Shown: positions 32,150-50,135, counted from the stretch's first letter. The stretch is DNA of 64,000 nucleotides from the human T2T-CHM13v2.0 reference genome, Homo sapiens (GCF_009914755.1 NC_060939.1), one strand, 5' to 3'. Notes: generated by a model from the sequence alone, not told the origin. Translations and numbers: made by a program.

Positions 32150-33310
32150 AAAGAGACAGGGGGAGTGGGGGCGTAACATCGCGCGGTGTGTCTCGGAGCC
32201 AGGGCAAGTGTGGTAATTAGAGTCAGGCTAGAGGGCTTGCTCTGGACCTGCCAGTCTGGCCGCCACCCAGGTGGACAGGTGGGTGTGCCTTTGAGTGCGA
32301 CCTTTCTCTGCCGCTGGACAGTTCTGCAAACCGAAACGAGGGACCCTGGCAGGCGGAACGTGAACGGCTCGGGGCTCCGCGGCCAGGCCCGCGCAAACCC
32401 TCCCCTTGTGAACCCCGGGCCCTCGCTCTGCGCCAGGCAGGCAGCCATCCGGCCTGGGCGTCCAAGGCGCGGGGCATCGCCGCTCGCGTCCTCAAAGACA
32501 AGCAGTCTCTCTTTCCAGGATCAATAGTAATTTTTTAAAAAAAAGAGTCTGCGGACTCAATGAATCAACCACTCCCTGGGGAAAGAGTAGCGGCTCCCGC
32601 GCGCAACATCCATTTGCCAAACAATTCATTCCCTCGCGCAGAGCTCTCGGCGAATTCCCTCGCGGAGCCGCGGGGTGCCGGCCGGCCGCCGCTCCCCACC
32701 ATTGTCCCAGGGCCCCGGCCCCAGCCGCGGGGCCCCCTCCCGGGACACGTAGTCCCGCGGGGGCTCCGAGCGCTTGGTCCCGGCCCGGCCCGGGGTGGTG
32801 AGTCCCCAGCGCAGGGAGCGGGGGCGCGGGTGCTGCGGCCAGAGCACGGCGTCCCCGCCCGGCCTGGATACTCACTGCCGGAGACGATCCCCGCCGCCGC
32901 CGCCGCCTCAGAGACCACTCCCGGCAGCCCGCGCGAGCTCAACAGGCTCCGCCGCGGCTCCCGTCGGCCGGCTCTCCACAGGCAAAAACGCTCTCGCTGC
33001 GATACAGCCTAGGCGCCGCCAACAAACTAGTTTCTCCGGCCTTCCCGCCCCGCCTCCCGGCCCGAAGAGCAGCAGCCAATCAGAGGCATCGCCTCTGTGA
33101 CGGATGGGCAGCCGAACCCTTCAGTGCAGCCGCAGAAAAGAAGGGGGTGGGCCCCAGGCCGCGCCGGCACCGGGGGGTGGGGGGCCGGGGGCGGGGAGGG
33201 GGGGGGACCGGGGGCGGGGCGGGGCGAGGAAAAGGACTTCGACCAGATTCTTAAAGAGACAGGCGCCTGCCCAACCCCGCCGCCCAAGTTTGGGAACAAA
33301 ACGCGACGGT
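32150..33310. promoter_or_regulatory. CpG island / KLHL25 promoter
   Basis: Very high GC and CpG density. CCAAT at 33076-33080 (agccaatcag), GC boxes near 33046-33054 and 33211-33225, no obvious TATA box. Confidence 0.9.
32876..33035 (-). other. KLHL25: KLHL25 non-coding exon 1 (5' end approximate)
   Basis: Minus-strand donor ggca|gtgagt at 32876/32875 inside the CpG island. No ATG in the exon. Contains (GGC)5. CCAAT and GC boxes lie just upstream. Confidence 0.8.
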
Positions 33311-34505
33311 GTTCTAGAGCTTTCCAGAGGAAGCACTGTAGATTGCATATGCCTCTTTTGTGTTCGGGTCACAAGTGTTGTAGATCTCTTTAGACTCTTC
33401 AGAGCCACACTAGTAGTTGCCCGAGTGTTAATGAAACCCTGTCTTTCACTCTGGGCTTGTTTGAATGTTTGGGACTTTCTGCAGCCTCCAAACCCCACCT
33501 GTACTTGAAATCTGTATTTTTTGGAGTATTTCAGCTCTCCTCTCTGTGTCATTTCTCACTAAACTCCTTTCGTAAGCCAGCCTTTAAATGTTCGTTCATT
33601 CATTCATTCATCCATCCATCCAATAATTTCTTCCAGGAACGTTTCCTGGACGCCCACACCATGCACTCATCTTGGAGGGGGAGAACGGTTTGTGATTCTT
33701 CGTCCTTTTCCCTCCTGACTACTACTTCAGCTTACTGTGTGTGTCCAATCTCATCCGTAAAGCGGCAGATAAAAACTCCTCATCGGATTATTTGGGGGAT
33801 TAAAGGAGACAAATTCCCAGACAAATGAGTGCGCAATAAATGTCCTCTCTTTTCTCCCTCCCAATGAAAATCGATAATTCAAGTAGGTTGCTTAAGGATA
33901 CAAAAGGTAAAGCATAGAAAGTGATAAGAACGAAAGAGCCAAGCCTGGGGCGGGGAAATTCCCAGGAAGCAGAGGTCACCCTGACGGAGGTGGAGGTGGG
34001 AGGTGCAAGGAAGGTCTAAGAAAGTGTACAAAGATTTGGGAGAGGGGATAGGATTGTGACTAGTGGAACCTGGGAAATAGAGCCCCTGGGTAGAAAGCTG
34101 CTTAGACAGGACAGATATGCCAGGGTTAAAAGACTGGGAGATGATGAGAAGATACCACCAGGGAAGGCATTTTTGGGAAACAGCTTGATGTTCTGGGTTT
34201 GAAGCCCCGCCCTGCCCCTCAAGAGCTGGGTAGGACTGAAGCAGATGGCTCAGACTCTCTGGTGTCTGGTTCTTACTGGTGAAGAGGATTCTAAAACCTT
34301 TCTTGCAGGGGTATGGGAAAGATTAAGATAACATATGGAATAGGCCTGGCATGTAGTAAGTGCTCAGTACAGATTTGTGCTTCCATTTGGCCCAGATCTG
34401 CAGACATCTAAGGCACCAGGGTTCTGATATTTATGAACAATATTGGCCAGAGGTAAGAAGCTTGCCAAGTGCACTGTTAAGGTGCCTTCTGAAGAGAAAA
34501 GGTAG

Positions 34506-34979
34506 TGAGAGGTGAAGCCAGCTGGACTTTCTGGGTCCAGTGGGGACTTGGAGAACTTTTCTGTCTTACAAGAGGATTGTAAAATGCACCAATCAGCGCT
34601 CTGTATCTAGCTAGAGGTTTGTAAAATGTACCAATTAGTGCTCTGTAGAAATGCACCAATCAGCACTCTGTGGCTAGCTAGAGGTTTGTAAAACGGACCA
34701 ATCAGCACTCTGTAAAATGGACCAATCAGCAGCACATGGGCCTGGACAAATAAGCTAATAAAAGCTGACCGCCCCCCAGCCAGGAGCAGCAACCCACTTG
34801 GGTCCCCTTTGGCGCTGTGGGGGCTTTGTTCTTTCGCTCTCCACGGTAAATTTTTCTGCTGCTCACTCTTTGGGTTCACGCCACCTCTAAGAGCTGTAAC
34901 ACTCACCGTGAAGGTCCGCAGCTTCATTCCTGAAGTCAGCGAGACCACCAACCCACCGGAAGGAACCAGCTCCAACACA
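34506..34979 (+). mobile_element. Solo LTR12-family (ERV9) LTR
   Basis: Starts TGAGAGGTGAAGCCAGCTGGAC, has tandem CCAATCAGC repeats, ends CCAACACA. Flanks gtag/ttag form an imperfect 4-bp TSD. Confidence 0.9.
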
Positions 34980-35559
34980 TTAGCATCAAAGTAATTACTT
35001 CATTAAGGAAATGACAGAGATCACATTTGTAGTTTTATCCTGCCGATTTTCTAGCACTAGAGTGTTTATAGAATTGTTGGTTGAATGAAGCTCCACATGC
35101 AAAATTGATTCTTGGCAAGTTTATAACTGTTGCTTATTATTTTATGCAGGTTCGCTGTAAAATTATAAGTGCCAACCGCCCAGTAAAATCTGGTCCACAT
35201 TATAATTTTTTCTCTCTTCAACTCCAAGGCTTAAATTAGGTACTAGAATATATTAAAATCAAATACAGTGTAAGCAATGGGACAAAATCAGACTAAGAAC
35301 ACGTGTGGAGTTAATCGAATTTAGGTACGATTTGAAAGAAGATGAGAGGAAGAGCGGAAGTTTGCCTTGCCATCTATTGCGGACCCTGGAGCATTACCGT
35401 CAACGCAGCCCTTACCAGCCAGTGTTGTAATGGCCTGCTTAGCTAGTCCACCTGCTGTGCAGGGAGCTCTGGGAGGGCAGGGACCATGAATTCATCTCAG
35501 AACTCTTAGGGCTGCATCAAAGTTGTCTACACAGTTTTGAAATACTGTGAATAAATCTC

Positions 35560-36040
35560 ATATCCGTTAGAATTAGTTTTTACTGCATATGACAGAAAAC
35601 CCAAAATTAACTGTGACTGAAACAAGATAGAAGTTTCTTGCTTATGCAAAATAAATCTAAAGTTAAGCTATCCTTTGTTGGCAACTCCACAGTTGTCAGA
35701 AACACGGGCTACTGTATTTTTATTCCTTCATCTGTAATGCTTGGTTCCCATTTGCAAGGTTGCCCCATAGTCCAAGATGGCTGCTAGGGCTCCAACTCTG
35801 ACACCTATATCCCAGACAGTAGGAAGGAATAATGGCGGAAGAGCATGAGATGTGTGTCTTCCAGCCTGGTTAGCTCTATTTATGCAGACTGCAGAAGTCC
35901 CACACAACACTTTTGTTTATGGACAGAATTTAGTTTTCCTACCTGCAAGAGCAGCTGGGAAATGTAGACTTTTATGTTAGTACATCACCTCCTCAAAGTC
36001 AGGGTTCTGTTAACAAGGAAGAGGGAATAGATGCCTGTTG
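35560..36040 (-). mobile_element. Ancient MLT1K-like LTR
   Basis: GACAGAAAACCCAAAATTAACTGTGACTGAAACAAGATAGAAG...CAAGATGGCTGCT...GCTGGGAAATGTAG. Confidence 0.6.
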
Positions 36041-36138
36041 TCCACCAACAATCCTTACCAATACCTTCCTCCCAGCATTGCCATCTAGCTAGTATTCCTG
36101 GTGGCCCAGAATCTGAAGTCTCAGAAATTCTGGGATGA

Positions 36139-36533
<395 letters not shown>

Positions 36534-37537
36534 TGATTCCCCCTCACTTCTCAGACCTACAAATATTGGAGCGCCCGGGAAGCGAGCGTAGGGAGCATAG
36601 GGAGATAAGAAGACCTATTCCCTTCCCTACCTACACCTTCTAAGTGATTTCATCCAAGCCCATGCCTTGCGTTCATATAAGCACTGGCAACTGCCAACTC
36701 TGTGCTCCCACCCCGCCTTCTCCATAAGCTCCAAGCCCATGGGTGCAGCTGCTTACTGGGTATCTCCATGTGCATGTCTAGGGCACCTTACCCTCAAACT
36801 GTCTCCGCTGAGCTCCTATGGCTGCTCTCCCTGTGGGCTTCCCCATCTCAGGAAAGGACAACGCAGTCTTTCCTTTTGTAAGATAAAACTTGGCATCATT
36901 CTCTCCTACCCCATGTCCAATCCATCAGGAAATCCCTGTTGAGTCTGAGTACTTACTACTTCCACTGCCACCCCCAGGCTGGTCTAGAGACACTGTCATT
37001 TTCTCTCCTCTGTGACATTATGGCAGCCTCCAGGCCATCTCCCTCTTCCACACTGCTCCCATAGAATCTGTTCTCAACACAGCAGCCAGAGGGATCTTTT
37101 TATAAGATAATTTCGTTATGTCTGTCTACCCCTCGAAATCCACCAGTAGCTCCCACCTCACTCAGAGTGAAGGCCAGAGTCCTACCATCGGCCCACAAGC
37201 CTGCCCTGGTCTGGCCTGGGCCACTCTCACACCTCAACTCCCACCTCCCTGTTCCTGACCCTGACATGCTCTGCTCCAGACCCACTGATCCCTTTTCAAG
37301 GCCTCAAACAGGCCAAGCCCACTCCCACTCAGGGCCTTGCCCTTGTTGCTCTATAGGATTGCGCTCCCTCAGAGGGCCACATGCTTCCCTTCCCCGCTTC
37401 CTTCTGGTTTCTGCTCACATGTCACCTTGCCACCTAGGCCCTCCTGACCACCCTGAGCAGCCACATTCCCCACTCCTGGCAGGCCCTCACCCTAGTCCAT
37501 ATCTCCAAGGCACTTACTTCCACCTGAAAGTATATAC

Positions 37538-37547
37538 ACATACACAC

Positions 37548-37583
<36 letters not shown>
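37538..37583. repeat. (CA)/(GA)n microsatellite
   Basis: catacacacagagacagagagagagagagagagag. Confidence 0.85.
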
Positions 37584-37584
<1 letters not shown>

Positions 37585-37589
37585 CAACC

Positions 37590-38417
<828 letters not shown>

Positions 38418-38926
38418 TAAGGTACACAGATATAAATTTTATTTGGGGGGAGTGGGATTTGATTGGCTGTCTCCTCTTCCAAAATGTAAGTCCCATGAGA
38501 GCAGTGCCTCATCTCCAGACCTGGAAGCTCTCCATATTTATCCAGTGAATTCAGAATGAACTCAATGTAGCTTCAGAGGTAGTGTCCACCACCACAAAAT
38601 TAGGAGATTCTGATCTTGGTGTTGGATCTATTCAATCAAGTTTTCAATTTTTAATCTAGCATCCCCAAAGATGGAACCCACTCAGGGCAAGGCAGTGGCA
38701 AAAAGTGGCTTTGTCAGCTTCAGTTCCCAAGGGAGGAGCCAGGTGTCAGTGGTTGCCTTCCTGGGAGAGCAGCCAGGATTAAGGTCACTGGTGAGTCACT
38801 GCTGGCCCTGGGCACACAAAGGAGCAGGAGGGCTGGGTCTGGCAGGGACAGCAGCTGCAGGAGGTGGGAAGGTGTCGTGTTTTCACCTGGTGGCAGTGAG
38901 GCGACTGCCTGAGATAGAAACCATCT

Positions 38927-39731
<805 letters not shown>

Positions 39732-39846
39732 TAAAGAAGCTGCAGCCACTCATCAGTCTTCATGAAGCCCCTTTCTCTAATTTTTTTCCTCCCACACCTC
39801 TGGCAATGCCATCATGAAGACCTTTGTCTGACATAGAAAGCATGCT

Positions 39847-40857
<1,011 letters not shown>

Positions 40858-41018
40858 TGCTCATGCACTAGCGTGCTACAGTGGCATGGAAGAATGAAGG
40901 GTATGACTAGTCTGGTCTATGGGGCAGCAGGCATGTGCAGAAACACCAGGGGGAGCTTTAGGTGTCCAAGGCCTGGCCAGAGATGCCAGTGGCGGGGGAG
41001 CTACCAACAAGGCGGGAA

Positions 41019-41325
41019 GGGCCAGGTGCCATGTCTCACGCCTGTAATGCCAGCACTTTGGGAGGCTGAGGCAGGCAGATCGCCTGAGGTCAGGAGTTCG
41101 AGACCAACCTGACCAACATGGTGAAACCTCATCTCTACTAAAAATACAAAAATTAGCCGGGCATGGTGGCACAAACCTGTAATCTCAGCTACTCAGGAGG
41201 CTGAGGCAGGAGAATCGCTTGAACCCAGGAGGCAGAGATTGCAGTAAGCCGAGAATATGCCACTGCACTCCAGCCTGGGTGACAGAGCAAGACTCTGTCT
41301 CAAAATAAATAAATAATAAATAAAA
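41019..41325 (+). mobile_element. Alu
   Basis: Alu consensus. Confidence 0.95.
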
Positions 41326-41727
41326 CCAGAAGTGGGGGAAGGAGCTGCAGGGAGGAAGATAAGTGGTGTCAGAACAAATGCCACCATTTAGAAACACTGG
41401 CCCGGCCTGCCCTACTCTTTTTCTTCCCAGAAATGAGGAGGAAAAACACAACAGGGAACAATGGTTAACAAACAACGGTTGAAGATGCAAAACAGTTTGC
41501 ATAGTGTGCTAACTTTTGACCCCCAAGTGGGAGAATTCAGAAAACACTCATGGAAATGCATGTGTGTGAATTAAGATTCCCTCGAGGACATTCAGAAAAT
41601 AAGCCAGCAGCCCCCTGTAAGTGGGGAGGGGCAATATTGGGCAGAGGTGGACTCCACGGGACACCTTGTTAGTTAGTTTCATTTCTGAGCCATGGGAATC
41701 TATTGTTTATTCAAAAAATAATTCAAA

Positions 41728-42054
<327 letters not shown>

Positions 42055-42434
42055 TCAAAAATCAATTAAAATGATATCTTTCTATGTATGAATAAAAGGA
42101 AGGAGAAGGATAAAGGAGGCTTGTACTCTATCCATATGATCTGGAGTTTTAGAAAAATGTATTCAGGGTTTCTCTGTATAATCAAAAAATAATGTTCAGA
42201 AGGAAGGAACAAAGAAAGAGAGTGAGGGAGAGCAGGAAAGAGGAAAGAAATGGCATTTGGAGAAACCCAGAAAAACTTGAGTTTGCATCCTGGCTCTGCC
42301 ACCTTGTGGGTGCCAGGGACAGCTGATTTTACCTCTCGAGGCCCCAATTTTCCCATCAGTAAAAGGGGAATAATAATAATTCCTACTTCATAAGGTTCTG
42401 AAAAGGTTAGATTTTAAAAAATCATTCTGTGTAA

Positions 42435-42718
42435 GGTTGGGCGCAGTGGCTCACGCCTGTAATCCCAGCACTTTAGGAGGCCGAGGCAGGCAGATCACCT
42501 GAGATCAGGAGTTCTAGACCAGCCTGGCCAACATGGTGAAACCCCGTCTCTACTAAAAATACAAAAATTAGCTGGGCGTGGTAGCATGAGCCTGTAATCC
42601 CAGCTACTTGGAAGGCTGAGGCAGGAGAATCACTTGAACCTAGGAGGCAGAGGTTGCAGTGAGCCATTGCACTCCAGCCTGGGCAACAAGAGTGAAACTG
42701 TCTCAAAACAAAACAAAA
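42435..42718 (+). mobile_element. Alu
   Basis: Alu consensus. Confidence 0.95.
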
Positions 42719-44109
42719 TTCTTTGTAGAGCACTTATGGCAGAGCCTGGGAGCTAATAAACGCTAGCCAGGAAGCACCCTAGCTGTGAGTACAGCTGGAC
42801 GTTTGTAAGTTGCCAAGGAGAGTCCCTTGGTTACTTTTCCTAAGTGCTCTGTTAATTGTAATTATTGTCCGTGAATATCACCATTATTATCAATGTCATC
42901 TCTGATAACTCCCCAGCTGGAGGGGTAAGAACTTCTCACTTGCCACCCCTAAAAATCTTATCGCATTAGGATTCTAAAACTTGCTAGTTGTTGACGGCAG
43001 AGGGGGTGGCCTCTACCACTTGGGGCCCCTCCCTGGCATCCATGAAAGCTGTGGGGATGTAGCCAGGACAGGACTGGAAGATTCCTGGGCTTGGTTCCAG
43101 AAAAGCTCCTCCAGAAAAATAGACAGTGAGCCCTGTGGAATTTGGTTCCATGTTCAAATGAGTCCATGCATACCCAATTGGGGATGTTATTTAGGGGTTG
43201 TTTAAAGACCACAGGCTTAGTTCATTAATGTGTTGATTTCAAAATGTCTATCAAGCACGCAACATGTTCTAGGCACAATGCTGGGAGTTGAGTAGATCTA
43301 GAGAGAGAAGGGATACAAAGGTGAATAAATCCTAGTCCTTGTTGTTAAAAATAGCACAAATAATGCCTAATGTTGCAAAAAAAGAAAACAAAGAATGCGA
43401 TAGAGAGTCAAATAATATGCCATGGCAGAGTTGGAGAAGAAAAGATGAGGTTTGGAGGTAACATTTGCACTGGGTCTTGCTAAGTGGGTAAAATTCGAAA
43501 GGGGTAGAAAAGCATCTCAAGGTGTAAATGAAGACTTGGCATGGGAAATTGCAGGGACAGATTCAAGAAAAGAAAAAGAGGCCCTGGGAGGAGTAAGTGG
43601 GGGCATGGGGGAGGGAAGATGAGAAGAGTAAAAATAAACTGGCTTCTGGCTAGCAGTCCTGCCAATTGTCCTGCTACCAAGCCTCCCCAGGTCCATCAAA
43701 TACTGAAAACTCACCACAGGAAAAACGAGGCATGTGAGTAAATTAACTGTTACTGTTTATTTATACAAAGGATCGCCCACACACCAGTGCAAAGTAATCA
43801 GCTGTCTTTATGTGCCAACACGGATACATCTTGAAGACTCCTATTGAGTGAGAAAAGCAACTGGCAAATGGATACATAAAGTACAATCATATTTATGTAC
43901 ATTATAACATCTTACAAACAATGCTGTAAAGTATACACTATTTATAGATAATTGCAAATATTGTATAAATATAAAAACATCATGTATGCATATACACTCA
44001 ATATGCAACAGTTTAACAAAATATTTTGAGAACCTCAATAAGGCTGAAGATTTCTGGGAAAATGTAGGTTATTGAAACTGCCTCAAAGATGTAGAAAACA
44101 CAAATAATT

Positions 44110-44356
44110 GCTGAGGCCCAGGAGTTTGAGACCATCCTGGGCAACATGGCAAAACCCCATCTCTACAAAAAATACAAAAATTAGCCAGTGTGGTGGCAGG
44201 CATGTATAGTCCCAGCTACTTGGGAGGATGAGGTGGGAGGATTGCATGAGCCCAGGAGGCAGAGGTTGCAGTGAGCCTATATCGGGTCACTGCACTCCAG
44301 CCTGGGCGACAGAGTGAACAGAGCAGGACCCTGTCTAAAAAAAAAAAAAAAAAAAG
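44110..44356 (+). mobile_element. 5'-truncated Alu (J-like)
   Basis: GGGAGGATTGCATGAGCCCAGG motif. Confidence 0.9.
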
Positions 44357-45564
44357 CATAATCCTAGGCCTCATCCCCTGCCAAGATCTGTAGGGGGAAG
44401 TGGGCCTGGGAGCCTAGAAGACAGACAGACAGAAAGAAAGAAAGAGAGAGAGAGAGAGAAAAACAAACAGTTCAATGACAATAAAAAAGGATTAATCTAT
44501 CAGGATGACATGGTGATTGTAAATGTGAATGTACCAAAAAAGAGAGCCTTAAAATACATGAAGTAAATAGTATACAGCTAAAAGGAGAAATAGACAAATG
44601 CGCAATCATAGTTGGGGACTTTAAAATCCTCCACTCAGCAACTGATAGTACTATTAGAAAACCAGAGAGTATATAGATCTGAAGAGCACCATCAGTCCAC
44701 AGGCTCTAATTGACATTTATCAAACACTCCTTCCAACAACAGAATATACATTTTTCCCCAGGTGCCCATGAAGCATTCACCAAGATGGATCATATCTTGG
44801 GCCATAAACCAAACTTCAACAAATGAAAAAAGAAAAAGAAATTATAGAAAATGTGTTCTCTAACCATAATGGAATTGAACTAGAAAACAATTACAGAAAA
44901 AGAAACAGAAAACCTCTAAACATGTAGGAATTAAACGCACTTCTAAATAATCTATGGGTTAGAAAAGAAGTCTCAAAGGTAGAAATAATTAGCAAATACA
45001 TATACAATCCCAACAAGAAAACTTTCCTGACAATACAATATTGAAAGCCACAGAGGTAGTCCAATTCCCTGTAAAGCAGAGAAGCCAAGTTTTTAATAAG
45101 TTGCTGTTTGTTTCAATACTGAAAAGAGGATTGATTTGGTGTGCGCCAGCTGGCAAATGTTCCATACTTTCTCTCTCACATGAGAAGATTGGACCTTCAA
45201 GAAACCTACACATGGCTGAGCTGACAGCGTCCCTACACCCTCTCCTTCCAATATAGTTTCTTTCTAACTTTCCTCCAAGTTTGTTTGTTTTCAGATGTAC
45301 GCCTGAGTTTGAGAACATTTCTGTTTTGTTTGTTTGTTTTTTACACAAGACATGGTTCAGAATTGTTGGTAAATGGAAGTTCTTCATGACATCATTTGTA
45401 CGACAGTGGATCATGAATAATAAATAATGTACACTGCTGGCTATGAAAAATTATGTAGAACAGGATGAACACAAAAATGCAGCCTATCGTAATATGTAGG
45501 ATGCAGGGAAAGCAGTGTTTAGTGGGAAATTGATAGCACTAAATGCTTACATTAGAAAAAAGGA

Positions 45565-45934
<370 letters not shown>

Positions 45935-45936
45935 CT

Positions 45937-46505
45937 AATGGGGTAATGGGGGTGGGTTTTCCTGTGCTGTTCTCATGAGATGTGATGGTTTTATAAAGGG
46001 TAGTTCCCTTGCACAGGATCTTTTGCCTGCCACCATGTAAGACATGCCTTTGCTCTTCCTTTGCCTTTTGCAATGATTATGAGGCCTCCCCAGTCATGTG
46101 GAACTGTGAGTCCAATAAACCGCTTTTTCTTTTCTTTCTTTCTTATTTTTTTTTTTTGAGATGGAGTTTCATTCTTGTCCCCCAGGCTGGAGGGCAATGT
46201 TGTGATCTCAGCTCATTGCAATCTCTGTCTCAAGCAATTCTCTTGCCTCAGCCTCCCGAATAGCTGTGATTACAGGCACGCACCACCATGCCTGGCTAAC
46301 TTTTGTATTTTAAGTAGAGATGGGATTTCACATGTTGGCCAGGCTGGTCTTGAACTGCTGACCTCAAGTGATCTACCCGCCTTGGCCTCCCCAAGTGCTA
46401 GGATTATAGGTGTGAGCCACTAGGCCCGGCCCAAACCTCTTTTTCTTTATAAATTACCCAGTCTTAGGTATGTCCTTAATAGCAGCTTGAGAATGGACTA
46501 ATACA
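45937..46505 (+). mobile_element. THE1-family MaLR LTR (3' part) with an Alu insertion
   Basis: GAGGCCTCCCCAGTCATGTGGAACTGTGAGTCCAATAAAC...ATAAATTACCCAGTC...GAATGGACTAATACA. Confidence 0.85.
46130..46432 (-). mobile_element. Alu inside THE1
   Basis: Antisense Alu. Confidence 0.95.
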
Positions 46506-46798
46506 CAACTTTACAGTGATAAATTTGACAACTTTATGAAATGGACCAATCCTTCAAAAACCACAAACTATCAAGACTCATCCAAGATGAAACAGAAAAT
46601 CTGACTGGTCCCATAACCACTGAAGGAATTGAATTAACAATTTCAAAGCTCTCCCTGCAAAAATATCCAGGCCTAGATAGTCTCACTGGAAAATTCTAAC
46701 ATCTAAAGAATAATGAATGCCAATTTTACACAATTTCTTCCAGAAAATAGAAGGCATAGGAATATTTCCAAAGTTATTTTGTGAGGCTAGTATTATCC

Positions 46799-47515
<717 letters not shown>

Positions 47516-47762
47516 TCTACATTTAAGTCTATGACCCATTTAGATTTTTTATTAATATTATTTTTAATTAACCAATCATAATTTTATACATTTATGGAGT
47601 ACAATGTGATGTAGACATAAAACTATAATTTTTAAAAAAATAAAAAATAGGTAAAAATTTTCAGCATTTAGCGCTAGGCAAAGTGTTTAGATTTGATAAC
47701 AAAAGCATGATTCATAAAAGAAAAAATTGATAAATCGAACTTCATCAAAATTAAAGTTTTTT

Positions 47763-48075
47763 GGCTAGGCGCGGTGGCTCACACCTGTAATCCCAGCACT
47801 TTGGGAGGCCGAGGCGGGCAGATCATGAGGTCAGGAGTTAGAGACCAGCCTGGCCAACATGGTGAAACCCTGCCTTTACGAAAAATACAAAAAATTAGCT
47901 GGGTATAGTGGCAGGCGCCTATAATCTCAGCTACTCAGGAGGCTGAGGCAGGAGAACTGAATTGCTTCAACTCTGGAGGCAGAAGTTGCAGTGAGCTGAG
48001 ATCACACCACTGCACTCCAGCCTGGGCAACAGAGTGAGCCTCTGTCTCAAAATAAATAAATAAATAAATAAATAA
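47763..48075 (+). mobile_element. Alu
   Basis: Alu consensus with (AAAT)n tail. Confidence 0.95.
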
Positions 48076-48188
48076 ATTTTTTTTTTTTTGCTGTTTATGT
48101 CCATGTGAAGAGGATGAAGACAAATTATATGCTAGGAGAAAATATCTGCAAACCAAATATACAGCAAACGACTAGTATCTGGAATATA

Positions 48189-49012
<824 letters not shown>

Positions 49013-49208
49013 TTTAAAAAACTCTCAAAACTCAATAGTAACAACAGCAACAAAAACAAACAAACCATCCAGTTAGAAAAAGAGCAAAAGACATGAACAG
49101 AAATTTTATTGAAAAAGATACAGGATGACAAAATAGGCATATGAAAGACGTTCAACATTATTAGCCATGAGGGAAATGCAAGTTAAAATCACAATGAGAT
49201 GCCCTGTA

Positions 49209-49925
49209 CAGTCATCCCTCCATTTCCGTGAGGGGTGCTGGAACCGACCATATCCATGAGGGGTTGGTTCCAGCGCCCCTGTTCCCCAACAGACAGCAAA
49301 CTCCACGGATGCTCACGTCCGTGATGTAAAATGGTGTACCTAACCTATGTACTGCTAACCTATGTAGTCCTCCTGTATACTTTAAATCATCTCTAGGTTA
49401 CTTCTAATACCTAATACAGGCCGGGTGCAGTGGCTCATGCTTATAATCCCAGTGCTTTGGGAGGATGAGGTGGGAGGATTGCTTGAGGCCAGGGGTTTGA
49501 GACCAGCCCAGGCAATAGTGAAACCCTGTCTTTACAAAAAAAAAAAAAAAAAACAAAAATTTTTTTAAAAAATTAGTTGGGCATGGTAGTGCATGACTGT
49601 AGTCTTAGCTGCTTGGGAGGCTGAGGTGGGAGAATTTCTTGAGCCCAGGGTTCAAGGCTGCAGTGAGCTGTAATCACAGCATTGCACTCCAGCTTGGGCA
49701 ACAGAGTAAAGACTCTGTCTCTTAAAAAAAAAAAAGTTAAGAAAACCCTAATACAATATAAATGCTAGGTTAATAGTTGTCATATTGTATTGTTTAGGAA
49801 ATAAGGACAAGAATTTTTTTTAACATATTCAGTACAGACACAACCACCGTCTTTGAAATAAAATATATTTTTGATCCTCGGTTGAATGCATGAACGTGGA
49901 ACCCATGGATATGGAGGACTGACTG
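49209..49925 (+). mobile_element. MER2 DNA transposon with an Alu insertion and internal rearrangements
   Basis: TA|CAGTCATCCCTC...GGAGGACTGACTG|TA termini with TA TSD. Contains ATACTTTAAATCATCTCTAG. Confidence 0.85.
49419..49735 (+). mobile_element. Alu (J-like) inside MER2
   Basis: TSD CCTAATACA. Confidence 0.9.
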
Positions 49926-50135
49926 TATATCTATTAGAATGGCTACAGTAGAAAATGACAACACCAAATGCTGGCAAGGAAATAGAGAAACTGAATTACT
50001 CATGCATTTACTAGCAGAAATATAAAATGATATCACAATTCTGGAAAACAATTTTGCAGTTTCTTATAAAATGATATATGCACTCACCACAAAACCCAGC
50101 AGTTGCACTGTTGGGCATTTATCCTGGAGAAATAA

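Noticed and set aside
32893-32907. (GCC)5 in the 5'UTR as a possible expansion locus
   Set aside because: Only five units, which is common in CpG-island UTRs.
32560-33552. Pro/Gly/Arg-rich ORFs at the CpG island
   Set aside because: Stop-codon depletion caused by extreme GC content.
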